A DNA stretch of 60,890 nt, filler included, from Theionarchaea archaeon (GCA_018992565.1; 6 parts of 6 records of this genome joined end to end with filler, not necessarily neighbours in it); one strand, 5' to 3'. Shown: positions 22,865 to 33,209, counted from the whole stretch's first letter. Made by a program: numbers and translations. Notes: generated by a model not told the origin, from the letters alone.

Positions 22865-23479
22865 ATGGAAGATCTGAAGGGAAGGTATGTTCGCTGGTCT
22901 GAAGCCTGTGTCTGGCAGCCCTTTGGCACTTCTCTGGCCATTCTCAGAGTTCTGGCACCTGATTCTTCGCCCTCGCAGGAAAGCGAAGGGATCAAACTGA
23001 ATGCAACAGGGAAAGATGTGTGGGATCTATGCGATGGTACAAGAACGGTTGACGACATTGTGGCCCAGTTACTGGAAGAATACCAGGGCGAACCAGAAAG
23101 AATCCAGGAAAGTGTGGAAACCATAGTATTGATGTTACAAGAACGGGGGTTCTTAACATGTGAAAGTACTCCTCACCTCTATTCGGTACGTGAGATCCCA
23201 CTCCAGGACTATGCCTGCTGGAATGACACAATCATCTGGAATGAGGTGGAAGGCCAGGTGGTGGCGATGAACAACTCTACAGGAGTCGCTCTTCCAATTC
23301 CCACTGAAGCAGCTGAAATGTGGAAGTTGTGTAATGGTAAAACCGCAGTGGAAGATATTTTTTCCATCCTCAAATCGAAGGGATTAATCACACAAAAGAT
23401 GCCTCTTGCCAAATTTAAATTACTTCTGAAACAGTGGATAAAGCTCAATTTCATTATCCTGAAGGATGAGCCTCTATGA
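22865..23479 (+). CDS. Tandem PqqD/RRE peptide-chaperone protein
   Basis: Two PqqD-like units: LNATGKDVWDLCDGTRTVDDIVAQLLEEY and AAEMWKLCNGKTAVEDIFSIL. Confidence 0.88.
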   Translation: MEDLKGRYVRWSEACVWQPFGTSLAILRVLAPDSSPSQESEGIKLNATGKDVWDLCDGTRTVDDIVAQLLEEYQGEPERIQESVETIVLMLQERGFLTCESTPHLYSVREIPLQDYACWNDTIIWNEVEGQVVAMNNSTGVALPIPTEAAEMWKLCNGKTAVEDIFSILKSKGLITQKMPLAKFKLLLKQWIKLNFIILKDEPL

Positions 23480-23488
23480 GGAGATTGC

Positions 23489-24835
23489 ATGCGTGCCTTG
23501 AAAAAAAGAATTACTGTTGAGTTACCTAGTGAAAAATACCTCCTTATTAACCCTTATTCCGGCCTGGCTGACATCATCGATTCAGAAACCAAGAATCTGC
23601 TGGACTCTGAATCAAGTGATGCAACCTATGAGGTCCTTCGTATTCTCAAATCAAGAGGACACCTGGTAGAAGAGGGAGAAGAAGATGATCTTTTTGAATA
23701 CTTGAAGCTCTATGCACAAGAACTGCACTCAGAGGCCTGCAAGAAGAACCACCACCTCATCATCCCCACCTACCACTGCAATCTGACGTGTCCCTACTGC
23801 TTTCAGAAGCACGTATATCGCAAGCGAGCAAACCTCCACATGGTAATGGATGAACAGACTGTAGATTCGCTCTTTAAGGCCATTCTTTTTCTGGATTCTG
23901 AAACTGAAGAAAAATGCATAGAACTATATGGTGGAGAACCTCTTCAAGTGAGGAATATCTCTATTATAGAGTACATCCTCAGAAAAGGTGATTATAACGG
24001 GTATTCATTTAGAGCAATAACTAATGGGGCTGATTTCTATCATTTTGTCCCTTTGCTATCTGAATTCGATGTCAAGGAGGTTCAAATAACTCTCGATGGT
24101 CCCAGGAACGTGCATGATCAAAGACGATTCAGAAAAGGGGGGACGTTTGATGATATTGTGAAAGGCATTGACCTGGCCCTGGAGCATGACATTCCAATAA
24201 GAATCAGAATCAACGTCGACTATGAAAATATCGATTCTATTCCAGAACTTGCACAGTTCTACATAGAAAAGGGATGGTCCTCAAAGGTGAAGGCCAGCAT
24301 AACCAGTGTCTATGCGTCTGAATGTGTGGAGTACCCTTCTGTCATCCCACTGGAGGACGTTCCCCGGAAGATTATTGACCTGTTCTTCAAAGATGAGAGA
24401 ATGACTGTGTTCTCTGATACCTTCAAGGGGCTCAATTTTCTCCTGGGTCACCTTCTACTTGGAGAAGAATTCCACCACCGCTTCTGGGCGTGTAATGCTC
24501 ATACCACACTCCTCTTCTATGATCCTCTTGGAGATATCTATGCATGTGGTGAAGCTGTCGGACATCCGGAGCATGTCATTGGTAAATACATACCTGCACT
24601 CCGCTTCAATGACACGTACTCTCACTGGCGCAACAGGACAGTATTTGCCATTCCTGAATGCACAGAATGCAACCTGGCATTTTTCTGTGGAGGCGGCTGC
24701 GCCTACAAAGCGTATACAGAAACACATTCTATCTACAGTCCGTACTGCGAAAATGTGAAATTCTCGTTGAACTGTGAAGTTCCCTACCTGTATCATGTAG
24801 CCAAACAGAAAGAAGAGAAGGAGGGTGATCTCTGA
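23489..24835 (+). CDS. Radical SAM/SPASM peptide maturase
   Basis: CNLTCPYC, YGGEP, TNG, QITLDG; SPASM C...GDIYAC...CTECNLAFFCGGGC...C; N-terminal RRE-like segment. Confidence 0.93.
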   Translation: MRALKKRITVELPSEKYLLINPYSGLADIIDSETKNLLDSESSDATYEVLRILKSRGHLVEEGEEDDLFEYLKLYAQELHSEACKKNHHLIIPTYHCNLTCPYCFQKHVYRKRANLHMVMDEQTVDSLFKAILFLDSETEEKCIELYGGEPLQVRNISIIEYILRKGDYNGYSFRAITNGADFYHFVPLLSEFDVKEVQITLDGPRNVHDQRRFRKGGTFDDIVKGIDLALEHDIPIRIRINVDYENIDSIPELAQFYIEKGWSSKVKASITSVYASECVEYPSVIPLEDVPRKIIDLFFKDERMTVFSDTFKGLNFLLGHLLLGEEFHHRFWACNAHTTLLFYDPLGDIYACGEAVGHPEHVIGKYIPALRFNDTYSHWRNRTVFAIPECTECNLAFFCGGGCAYKAYTETHSIYSPYCENVKFSLNCEVPYLYHVAKQKEEKEGDL

Positions 24836-24922
24836 GGCTGTATCAGAGCAGCGGGAATAGTCCTGGCATACTAATACCTGCATATCTTTGAATTTTGCCC
24901 GAATCTTTCTGCATATCTTTAT

Positions 24923-26743
24923 ATGTCAAGAATGAAGAGGATTTTTATGATGAAGCTCCATCTGCATGCCAATTTTCCCTATGATTACACCACACCAAAT
25001 GCAGCTCTCGGATATTTGAAATCGTATCTTGCACCATTCAACCATGAGGTAACGAATACATACTGGTATATCCCCCCACGAGAGATTTTTGAGGCCATGC
25101 GTGGGATCTTGGCACGGTTCCAGAAGAGCCGCATCAGCCTCTTTGATCCTTCAATTATCCTCACTGCGTACCTGTCACGGTTCTTTTACAGGGCCCCGGC
25201 ATGCCCCACCATGATCCAATCAATCGTGACCTCCTGTGCATCTCCAGAAGAATTGGAACAGGTTGGATTGTCCTACAAAGGGTTTGTAGATACTGCCCTT
25301 GAGGACATGGCTGATGTAGACATGGCAGGATTCACCCTCAAGTTCTACCAGTGGATTCTGAATTGCTACATCTGGCGCAGACTAAAGCAGCTGAACCCGA
25401 ATATCACTATTGTTATAGGTGGCCTCGATACACGTGAGGAGGCAGTAAAGGCCATGGAGACCTTCAGGGACGTGGACTGCGCCATCTGGGGAGAAGGTGA
25501 ATGTCCGCTGCGAGAGCTGATTACCAGGGATACGGACGGCATGGATGAAGTGCCCCGCCTCATCTACAGGAAGCGCGGTGACCTCTGTATAACTGATATC
25601 ACTACAGAGAGAGTGAGAGAATACCCCTTTGCAGACCATACAGACTACTTTAGACAGCTCAGACAGTTTGATCTGGATATTTCTCCACAGATCCCCATGT
25701 TCACCACCCGCTCCTGCAGGTGGGACAAATGTAAATTCTGCAACGAAAATAAGGGGATCTCCTACTTTGAACGATCAATAGATGAGACTATCAAGGAGAT
25801 AGAATATCAAACCAAGACTCATGGTGTTGACCGGATTGTGTTCCTGGACGCAGATATTGGACGGAAAACTGAGAGAGATTTCAAGAACCTTTTGGAAGGG
25901 CTTCTTCACAGTGTGGATACCAGAGGAGCCCCCTATGATATGGTGGCTGACATATCTCCACAGAGACTGACCAGAGAGACTGTCCAGATGATGAGCAAGA
26001 TCAGGATGGGTGTGCAGATAGGGTTTGAAGCCTTGACAGATTCTCTCTTGAGAAAGATGAATAAGAGGCATTCGTTTCTGGAGAATATCCAGGCTCTCAA
26101 GGTTGCATATGAGTATGGGCTGAAGATGTATGGGCTGAATGTGCTGCGTAACCTCCCGGGGGAGACAGAGCATGAGGTCATGGAGAGTATGGAACAGATA
26201 AAGGGTCTCCGGTTCTTCTTGAGGGAATATCCCCTTCATCTGTCTGAGCTGACACTGTATAAGAGGGCACCCTACTTCAAGGAGATTTCTCCAGAGGAAC
26301 GGGAAACGAGATGGGTTGTCAACTTCCTGTATGATGAGATGTGTCAGCAGGGCCTCCTCAATGAGGAGGGAAGGTGGGACTTTTTTGGGTTCAGGGCACG
26401 GGATTTGATACATCATAACCTGTGGGACCAGGTGGCGACACTGCTGGAACGGGTCCAGTCAGAGACCATTTCGTATACGTGGCAGGAACACGGGGATGGG
26501 AGTGTATTGATTGAGAATAACCAGGTGACTGGGGACAAGAAGTACGTCCTCACCAGGACTGAAACTGACGTTCTGAAGTTCTGTGACAGTGTCGTGTCTT
26601 TAGAACAGGTGGAGGAGAGATTTCCTGATGACGATATTAGTGATATACTCTCACAGCTGAGGAAGGAAGCTTTCCTGTATCTTGATGAAAGGAATCGAGT
26701 AATTTCTATTCTCTCTGCCCGGAAGATTGTCCCAGAAGACTGA
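24923..26743 (+). CDS. Cobalamin-type (class B) radical SAM enzyme, RiPP C-methyltransferase-like, with C-terminal RRE-like wHTH
   Basis: PNAALGYLKSYL, IVIGG, WGEGE, RSCRWDKCKFC (CX4CX2C), QIGFEAL..LL.KMNK; C-terminal LTRTETDVLKFCD. Confidence 0.85.
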   Translation: MSRMKRIFMMKLHLHANFPYDYTTPNAALGYLKSYLAPFNHEVTNTYWYIPPREIFEAMRGILARFQKSRISLFDPSIILTAYLSRFFYRAPACPTMIQSIVTSCASPEELEQVGLSYKGFVDTALEDMADVDMAGFTLKFYQWILNCYIWRRLKQLNPNITIVIGGLDTREEAVKAMETFRDVDCAIWGEGECPLRELITRDTDGMDEVPRLIYRKRGDLCITDITTERVREYPFADHTDYFRQLRQFDLDISPQIPMFTTRSCRWDKCKFCNENKGISYFERSIDETIKEIEYQTKTHGVDRIVFLDADIGRKTERDFKNLLEGLLHSVDTRGAPYDMVADISPQRLTRETVQMMSKIRMGVQIGFEALTDSLLRKMNKRHSFLENIQALKVAYEYGLKMYGLNVLRNLPGETEHEVMESMEQIKGLRFFLREYPLHLSELTLYKRAPYFKEISPEERETRWVVNFLYDEMCQQGLLNEEGRWDFFGFRARDLIHHNLWDQVATLLERVQSETISYTWQEHGDGSVLIENNQVTGDKKYVLTRTETDVLKFCDSVVSLEQVEERFPDDDISDILSQLRKEAFLYLDERNRVISILSARKIVPED

Positions 26744-26893
26744 GCATGTAGTTGCTACTGTTGTATCGGCTTACATCAGACTGTGAGATAGAGGCAGTTC
26801 GAATTATTTGTAGCAGGATGTTCAAAAATTCTGATTCTTACCTGACAAAAGATATATATAGGTGAAGCGTGAAGAGTCAGCAGAGGTGATACA

Positions 26894-27016
26894 ATGGAAG
26901 TCGTACGACTCAACAAGAAGATGTGGACTGATGCTACTGTGGAACCCTTGGATTTCAATCCAGGACCTGCTGTCATCTGCGGCTGCGGTGGCGGCTGCTG
27001 TTATGGCAGATGGTAG
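26894..27016 (+). CDS. Putative RiPP precursor P3, 40 aa: MEVVRLNKKMWTDATVEPLDFNPGPAVICGCGGGCCYGRW
   Basis: Absent from ORF track; own TATA (GATATATATA ~26851-60), RBS GAGGTGA, T-tract ~27050-66; Cys/Gly core. Confidence 0.85.
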   Translation: MEVVRLNKKMWTDATVEPLDFNPGPAVICGCGGGCCYGRW

Positions 27017-27521
27017 TCACTGTAGCGAATGAAGACCTCTGAAACACACCTCTTTCTCTTTTTTTTAATTACTCCGACTCTGACAGCTCTCAAGTCTGTC
27101 CAGGACTGGACCTGCTTCATACTGGAGGCGACATATTCATTCTGATAGAGATTCCATCATTTTCAGGAGCAGTGGGTAGTACACTTCTCTGGCCTGCTTG
27201 GAAAAGGTGCAGTCTGGCTGGAGCAACCTCCCTTTTTCTTGATATGTGTAGTGGCCACATCCTCCGCCACAGATCATGGCAAACTTGCAGTAATGACATG
27301 ATTTCATGTGAAAGATTGTTCTCTTTCTCCATTGGTGATACTTCTGGTTAAATGAAAGATCAGGGTAATATCTCCCAACTGCATGTTGGGGATCACCCAG
27401 AGAATCAGTGCAGAAATAGAGNNNNNNNNNNNNNNNNNNNNNNNNNNNNNNNNNNNNNNNNNNNNTTAATTAATTAANNNNNNNNNNNNNNNNNNNNNNN
27501 NNNNNNNNNNNNNNNNNNNNN

Positions 27522-28720
27522 GCCTTGAACAATTGCGAACCTTCCTCAGTCTCAGTGGATATCAATTCGACTTCAGCTCCCGTAGCCTCTGCCATTTCAG
27601 TGAAGTCTTCAATCAGTTCCTTTTCTTCTTTAATTACCAGTTTCACGTTGCCGCACTGGGGGCAATTAGAATCTGCAATTCCTTCCCGCAACTTCCTCAG
27701 CTTCTCACCTGAGAGGGTCACCTCTTCTGTATGGTTACAAACCTCGCATTTTATCTTAACCCGGTATAAATCTACATCTTCCGACAGCAACACTGTCTCC
27801 ACAGCACCTATCTGCAGGGCGTAGCGCACTTCCTTCTCCCCATATGTCACCGGCTCATCATTGACCAATTGCCTCAGGAACTGCTGCACCAGGTCTCGCT
27901 CATGGGTCATTTCCAGATTCTGCAGGATATCTTCTCCACGCTCCACCAGTTCCCTCAACCCGTACTCCCCATTGTAGCTGGTATCCACAATGCCAATGAC
28001 CTTTTTCTGCAGCTCGTGATGAAGGAACTCTCCCTCGATAAACTTGTTCTTGGTATGTCCAGGACCTCCTACCAGGATCCCTGACAGGTTCTTCTCATCC
28101 AGAAAGATGCGGTTTGCGTGTTCTGCGATCCTCTTCCTGAACTCATGGTCTGCAGCATCTCTCAGCCTCTCAAACCGGTGAGCTGACTGACCTCCTGCAC
28201 GGGTCTTCCCCGGCACTCCTGAGGTCATGTAATCCACCATACTGATACTCTTTCCCTTGAGTAACCCCACAGTAGCTTCATTTCTTTCTACAATCAATAA
28301 CCCGTAAACCTCTTTTGCCTCCAGCATATCATATAACGGTTCCAGCACAAATTCCTGGTCACATCGATAAATCCGGGTACTCAGTGGCTTTAACGGCTCA
28401 AAAGAAAACAACTGGATATCAGAAACACCTTCTCTCTCTGAAACATTACCACAAAAGATTACCAGCCCATTGGGAGGTGGTTCCCTGAACAGGGTGAGAT
28501 GCTGTGCTACTTTTTCAAGTGCACCCAACACATTCTTCCGGGTGGTGGTGGATTTAATATTCACTGCCGTCCCCTGTTCATCCCTTATCTGCTGAGCTAC
28601 TTTGGGGATTTCATACCCTGCAGGTACATACAAAGAGACAAGCTCAGTATGTCTCCCTTTATAAGATGAAAGATGATCGAGCATTTTCTTGAATTTATAC
28701 TGCTCCGTCTTTTTCTTCAT
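27522..28720 (-). CDS. prf1: Archaeal peptide chain release factor aRF1 (3' end truncated)
   Basis: NIKS, YRCD and GGQS motifs; CxxC..CxxC insert in domain 3. Confidence 0.97.
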
Positions 28721-28771
28721 GATTTAAGGGTAAGGCTTATGTTTATATAGTTTTTGTGGAAACACAGGAGT

Positions 28772-29425
28772 ATGAAAGTGGTGCTGCGTATTGGCGGTTC
28801 TGTTCTGGTACCTTCAGAAATTGATGAAGGAGTCCTTGCAGCCCTGGTGGCCCAGGTCGAAAAAGCCAGGTCAGTCCACTCCCTGTTCCTGGTAGTGGGG
28901 GGAGGCAGGACTGCGCGGAGGTACATTACCGCAGCCAGAACCTACAACACCACAGATGAAGTCCTGGACACCCTGGGAATACTCTCCTCGCAGTTGAACG
29001 CACTGCTGCTCGCCACCTGCATTGGAGGAGCAGAACTGGTGAGAGACATCCATGAAGCTATCCATGCACGGGGGCTCCCCATTCTAGGTGGGACTACGCC
29101 CGGTCAGACTACTGACACGGTGGCAGCTCTGCTGGCAGAGGTGGTCAATGCAGAAATCATGGTGAAGGTGACTCATGTAGGAGGTATTTTTACTGCTGAT
29201 CCTGCACGAGATCCAGGCGCAAAGAAGATTTCAAAGATGAGTTTCAGCCAGCTGGAATCCTTTTCTAGAGAAGAGTTCAAGGCGGGAATTTCATCTGTTA
29301 TTGATCCCGTTGCTGCAGCTATTATCTCGCAGAACAACCTCAAGACTGTCGTAATTGGTGTCGAAGACATGAAAGACCTGGAGAAGGTTCTCACAGGTGA
29401 CCATTCAGGGACTATCGTTGGATAG
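28772..29425 (+). CDS. pyrH: Archaeal UMP kinase
   Basis: RIGGSV, VVGGGRTARRYI, PGQTTD, GIFTADP; divergent from aRF1. Confidence 0.93.
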   Translation: MKVVLRIGGSVLVPSEIDEGVLAALVAQVEKARSVHSLFLVVGGGRTARRYITAARTYNTTDEVLDTLGILSSQLNALLLATCIGGAELVRDIHEAIHARGLPILGGTTPGQTTDTVAALLAEVVNAEIMVKVTHVGGIFTADPARDPGAKKISKMSFSQLESFSREEFKAGISSVIDPVAAAIISQNNLKTVVIGVEDMKDLEKVLTGDHSGTIVG

Positions 29426-31567
29426 ACGTCTTCCTGAAGCTGGTGGTGCACCCGTGTCCTGAGTGGAAATCTGAATTCTCTGGAATCGATACCCCGGGGC
29501 CCAGAAACAGACGATAATGTGGTCTCTGGCAGCAGAGACTGCTGCACTTCTTAAAGAAACGGTAACATATGTTGAAGAGGGTGTCAGTTTCTTGATTAAA
29601 TCACTGTCATTCCAGAGGGTGAGGACAGTACCTGCAGGGCAACACTCCATGTTAATTCTCAGGTACCCCTGATGGTAGTCAGTACGTATGGCATTGGTCC
29701 GGGGACATTCTTTCCAGATCTCAAGAGATGGATCTCCAATGACATGGTAGATTTCCAAGTGATCCTTGACGTAGCGCAGACCTCCACTTAACGTCAGGGG
29801 CAAATATGTCTTGGCATAATTGAGAATATCACCTATTCTGTTGTTTTTCACTGTATAGTTTGCTGTGAATCCTGGAATCCGGGGGATAATCCCCGACCAT
29901 ACAGCATCGAAGAGTGCTTTCATCAAGTCATCATTGAGCCAGGTGTGGGAAGGCCTGGTTGCTGCAATAAGAGATGGGGCACCTCCGTCCATGGAGAGCA
30001 GCTTCTCAGCAAAACACTCCCTGGGCCTCCTGAGGTCAAACTGGCCCGTCAGGCAATTGATGCTGTAGAAGATGGAAGGCGTGTCACTGCTAATCGATTC
30101 AAGGTGAGATATCTTAAATGCGGGGTGAACCCATCCTGCGGGGGATCCGTGATCTCTGTGCCCAACCAGGAGGCACCCTTCAGAGACTGCTTCAATGAGT
30201 TTTTGACTGGCTTCCTCCTCATTGAAAATGTGTGATCTCACCGTCTCGGGTACTGGGCTTCCGTCAACATACTCTCTCATGTCAGGATTGCTACTGACAT
30301 ACACCCGTTCCACTTCAACCCCCAGATCTTCAATGTGAGAAGCTATAGTCTCCATAGTCTTAACGTATGCCCTGTCTTCTCTGCCATCTCGTTTGCCTTT
30401 GTCCTGGAAGTAGGCCGCAAATACCATCTTTCTATAGTAGTGAAGGTCGTCCGGGGGATCTCTCTCATATGAGATTATCCTGTCCACTACAGCCAGTCCC
30501 TGCTCTTCAGTTTGGACAGGAATGCGTCCCACTGAAAGCCAGGGCAGTACATACTGGTCGCTGCGGACTGGATCTTCTTCTGTGCTGTAGTAGTAATCAG
30601 TGATATTGTGGCCTGAAGGGCTCCCTGTAATTTTCTCTGCAGGGATGACCTCAATATCCCCAAATAACAGGACATACTGAAGACGACCTCCTGCAGCTCT
30701 CTTTCTTCTGCGGATATATTCTTTTACAGCGTCCACAGTAGCCCCCACTCGATCTAATGATACCGCCTCTGTGGAAAGTCCCCGCATAGTCTTCCAGTAG
30801 GCCAGCTTACCTGCAGGGTCCCTGAATTGATCGTGGTAGATAATGAGGAGTTCTGGACCCTTTCCCGCCAGGGGGGCTCTTGTCACAGGAGAAGGTACCT
30901 CTCCTCTGCCTGCAATTCTCCGCAGGGGATTTAGAAAGAGATTTTCATAGGCTTTCCTGTTTGTTGCAGTCTCTATAGATTCCCCTTCCCCAGGAGATGG
31001 ACTGAGATGGATGGTTACCGTAATGGAACTGAACCCCACCAGTCTTCTACGAGCGGGATTGTACTGGAGAGGTCTCACATGGATGAGCAAAGCGTGATAG
31101 CCATCAATAGAGAGGGGACCTGTCACCTCCACAATGGTGTCAGGATACAGCCTGTCGATCTTGTAGAAGTCTTTGTCATACTCGAATTGGTTCTTCTTCT
31201 TGCTGTCCACCAGCAGCTCCTGAGCAGGTAGAATCAAGACATGGTCAAAATAGACTGGATTTTCTGGTTCCACAGTTACGCTGTAGCGGCAGCCACGAGG
31301 AATCTGCACATACCGTCCAAGAGAGGGCAGGAGTGGTTTGCCGCTCTCTGCCAGAAACTGGGTGTGAGGAATATTCACCTGGTTGAAAGGGATGACGACG
31401 CCCTCGACGGTGCGTGAATCGTCTGACAGGAAAAACCCTGAAAATGTATAGGCAACTACAATTTTCTGTTCCCGTTCTTCTACGGTTACCAGAGGCTCCT
31501 CCCCGTGAAGACTCATAACATATTCAAAAGGGAGACCTTCCGGCTTCAATGATTTAAACTCCCTCAT
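29405..31567 (-). CDS. Gingipain-like C25 cysteine peptidase with propeptide
   Basis: GKPLLP propeptide, PLQYNP, YVLLFGD, TDYYY, VGRIP, HRDHG (His), SINCLTG (Cys), YHVIGDP. Confidence 0.9.
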   Translation of the reverse strand: MREFKSLKPEGLPFEYVMSLHGEEPLVTVEEREQKIVVAYTFSGFFLSDDSRTVEGVVIPFNQVNIPHTQFLAESGKPLLPSLGRYVQIPRGCRYSVTVEPENPVYFDHVLILPAQELLVDSKKKNQFEYDKDFYKIDRLYPDTIVEVTGPLSIDGYHALLIHVRPLQYNPARRRLVGFSSITVTIHLSPSPGEGESIETATNRKAYENLFLNPLRRIAGRGEVPSPVTRAPLAGKGPELLIIYHDQFRDPAGKLAYWKTMRGLSTEAVSLDRVGATVDAVKEYIRRRKRAAGGRLQYVLLFGDIEVIPAEKITGSPSGHNITDYYYSTEEDPVRSDQYVLPWLSVGRIPVQTEEQGLAVVDRIISYERDPPDDLHYYRKMVFAAYFQDKGKRDGREDRAYVKTMETIASHIEDLGVEVERVYVSSNPDMREYVDGSPVPETVRSHIFNEEEASQKLIEAVSEGCLLVGHRDHGSPAGWVHPAFKISHLESISSDTPSIFYSINCLTGQFDLRRPRECFAEKLLSMDGGAPSLIAATRPSHTWLNDDLMKALFDAVWSGIIPRIPGFTANYTVKNNRIGDILNYAKTYLPLTLSGGLRYVKDHLEIYHVIGDPSLEIWKECPRTNAIRTDYHQGYLRINMECCPAGTVLTLWNDSDLIKKLTPSSTYVTVSLRSAAVSAARDHIIVCFWAPGYRFQRIQISTQDTGAPPASGRRLSNDSP

Positions 31568-31761
31568 ATAAGTTCCCCATGTTGTAGTATATTTTCACCA
31601 TAAAAAGGTTACGGCTCACATTAAAAGGAAAGATTATGGAAGAAATTTCTGACTTCGGACTAGATTGGCAATTATCCAGTTCTTATTTCTGGAAAGGATA
31701 AGCAATGTGACACGTTCTAACGAACAAATCGCCTGCAGGATAAATTACAAGAATCGATGAG

Positions 31762-32721
31762 TCACGCCCACTGTGATCTCGCTCTTCTTCGTTGGTTAAT
31801 GTATTTTTCGGCAGAAAGGGCAGCTGTACACCCCTCAGATGCAGAGAGGACCACCTGCCTGAACCTCTTACAGGTCACGTCACCTGCTGCAAACACGCCA
31901 CTCACTGAGGTTGACATGTCCTCTCGATTGACAGTAATACATCCCTCAGGAGTTATGTCTACTGCATCGTACAAGAAATCCACAATGGGCTGACTTCCAT
32001 GCAGGAATATGAATATACCGGAAACAGGTAACGTCTTCTGTACCCCAGTTTCATCAGTAATCACAAGATGGGTCACTGTGGTATCTCCCAGAATTTCAGT
32101 GACAGCAGTCTTATTCAGGACGCGAACATTCTCCATGGCTTCCAGGAGTTCAGATCGTGCTTCTTTTCGCAGAATAACATAGACTGTATCTGCAAGAGCA
32201 GCGACAGGGTCTATCTCCTCCACAATCTCATCAAGTTCACCCACTACAGCCACTGTCTTTCCCTTGAAGAAAGGGGCATCGCATGCTGCGCAGTAGCTCA
32301 CTCCTCTTCCGGCGAGACCAGCTTCTCCTTTTATGGTTGGTGTTCTCCCCATGGCACCTGTTGCAATAATGACTGCCTTCCCCTTGTATGAACCGTCAGC
32401 TGTTATCACTTCTTTTTCATCTCCATCAAAATTCACTCCCACAACGGTAGTCTGCACGATGGAGGCTCCGAAATGCTTTGCCTGCTCTGTAAACAAAGAC
32501 AGGAGCGCCTGACCTGATGTCTTCTCTGATATCCCAGGGTAGTTCTCAATCCACTCTGCATGTCCCAGAGCACCTGAGGCAGAGTTCTTGTCCAATACAA
32601 TAGTCTTTAAGTTGAAACGAGCTGCATACAGAGCAGCGCTGAGCCCTGCGGGACCCCCGCCCACAATTACAACATCGTACAGCTCTTTTTCAGGAAGATT
32701 CAGAGAAATACGTGGTGACAT
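31762..32721 (-). CDS. trxB: Thioredoxin reductase
   Basis: GGGPAG, ENYPG, GVSYCAACD, GVFAAGD. Confidence 0.92.
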   Translation of the reverse strand: MSPRISLNLPEKELYDVVIVGGGPAGLSAALYAARFNLKTIVLDKNSASGALGHAEWIENYPGISEKTSGQALLSLFTEQAKHFGASIVQTTVVGVNFDGDEKEVITADGSYKGKAVIIATGAMGRTPTIKGEAGLAGRGVSYCAACDAPFFKGKTVAVVGELDEIVEEIDPVAALADTVYVILRKEARSELLEAMENVRVLNKTAVTEILGDTTVTHLVITDETGVQKTLPVSGIFIFLHGSQPIVDFLYDAVDITPEGCITVNREDMSTSVSGVFAAGDVTCKRFRQVVLSASEGCTAALSAEKYINQRRRARSQWA

Positions 32722-32998
32722 GGGGTGACCTCATACCATCTATTCTATCTGCCCTTATATAGATAGCGGGTTGCAGAGTCTTCAGTCATGAGCTTTCAAT
32801 CGAGGGAAGCCACCTGAAGAGCTCTTGTCAACAGCAACACTGGAGATTCTCCGCTGATTGTTCTGGAAAGAAAGAAAAAAATGATCAAAAGGGAGTTTTG
32901 TCCCGACCGGGAAAGAAGCGAGAAGAACATCCAGATTCCGCGCAGTCTGAACCACAACATTTTTATGGTGCCCGTTATTGATATTATAAGGTGAAAAT

Positions 32999-33190
32999 AT
33001 GAAAAAGGTGTTAATCGTATTCCTGATTGTCAGTTGTCTTATGGTCGGCTCCTTCTGTGCTGTCCAGGAATCAGACCAGGAGTCACCAATCCCTGAATTC
33101 TTGCGTCTTTCAGGATTCATTCCCCCATCTGCAGGTCCCTGTGCGACGCTTGGTGGTCCAGGGGGCGGTGCAGGTCCCATTCCAGGCTAG
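32999..33190 (+). CDS. Small secreted peptide (63 aa) with Gly/Pro-rich C-terminus
   Basis: AAGGTGA RBS; MKK plus hydrophobic signal; ends GPCATLGGPGGGAGPIPG. Confidence 0.7.
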   Translation: MKKVLIVFLIVSCLMVGSFCAVQESDQESPIPEFLRLSGFIPPSAGPCATLGGPGGGAGPIPG

Positions 33191-33209
33191 ATCTATCAAG
33201 TGAATATTG

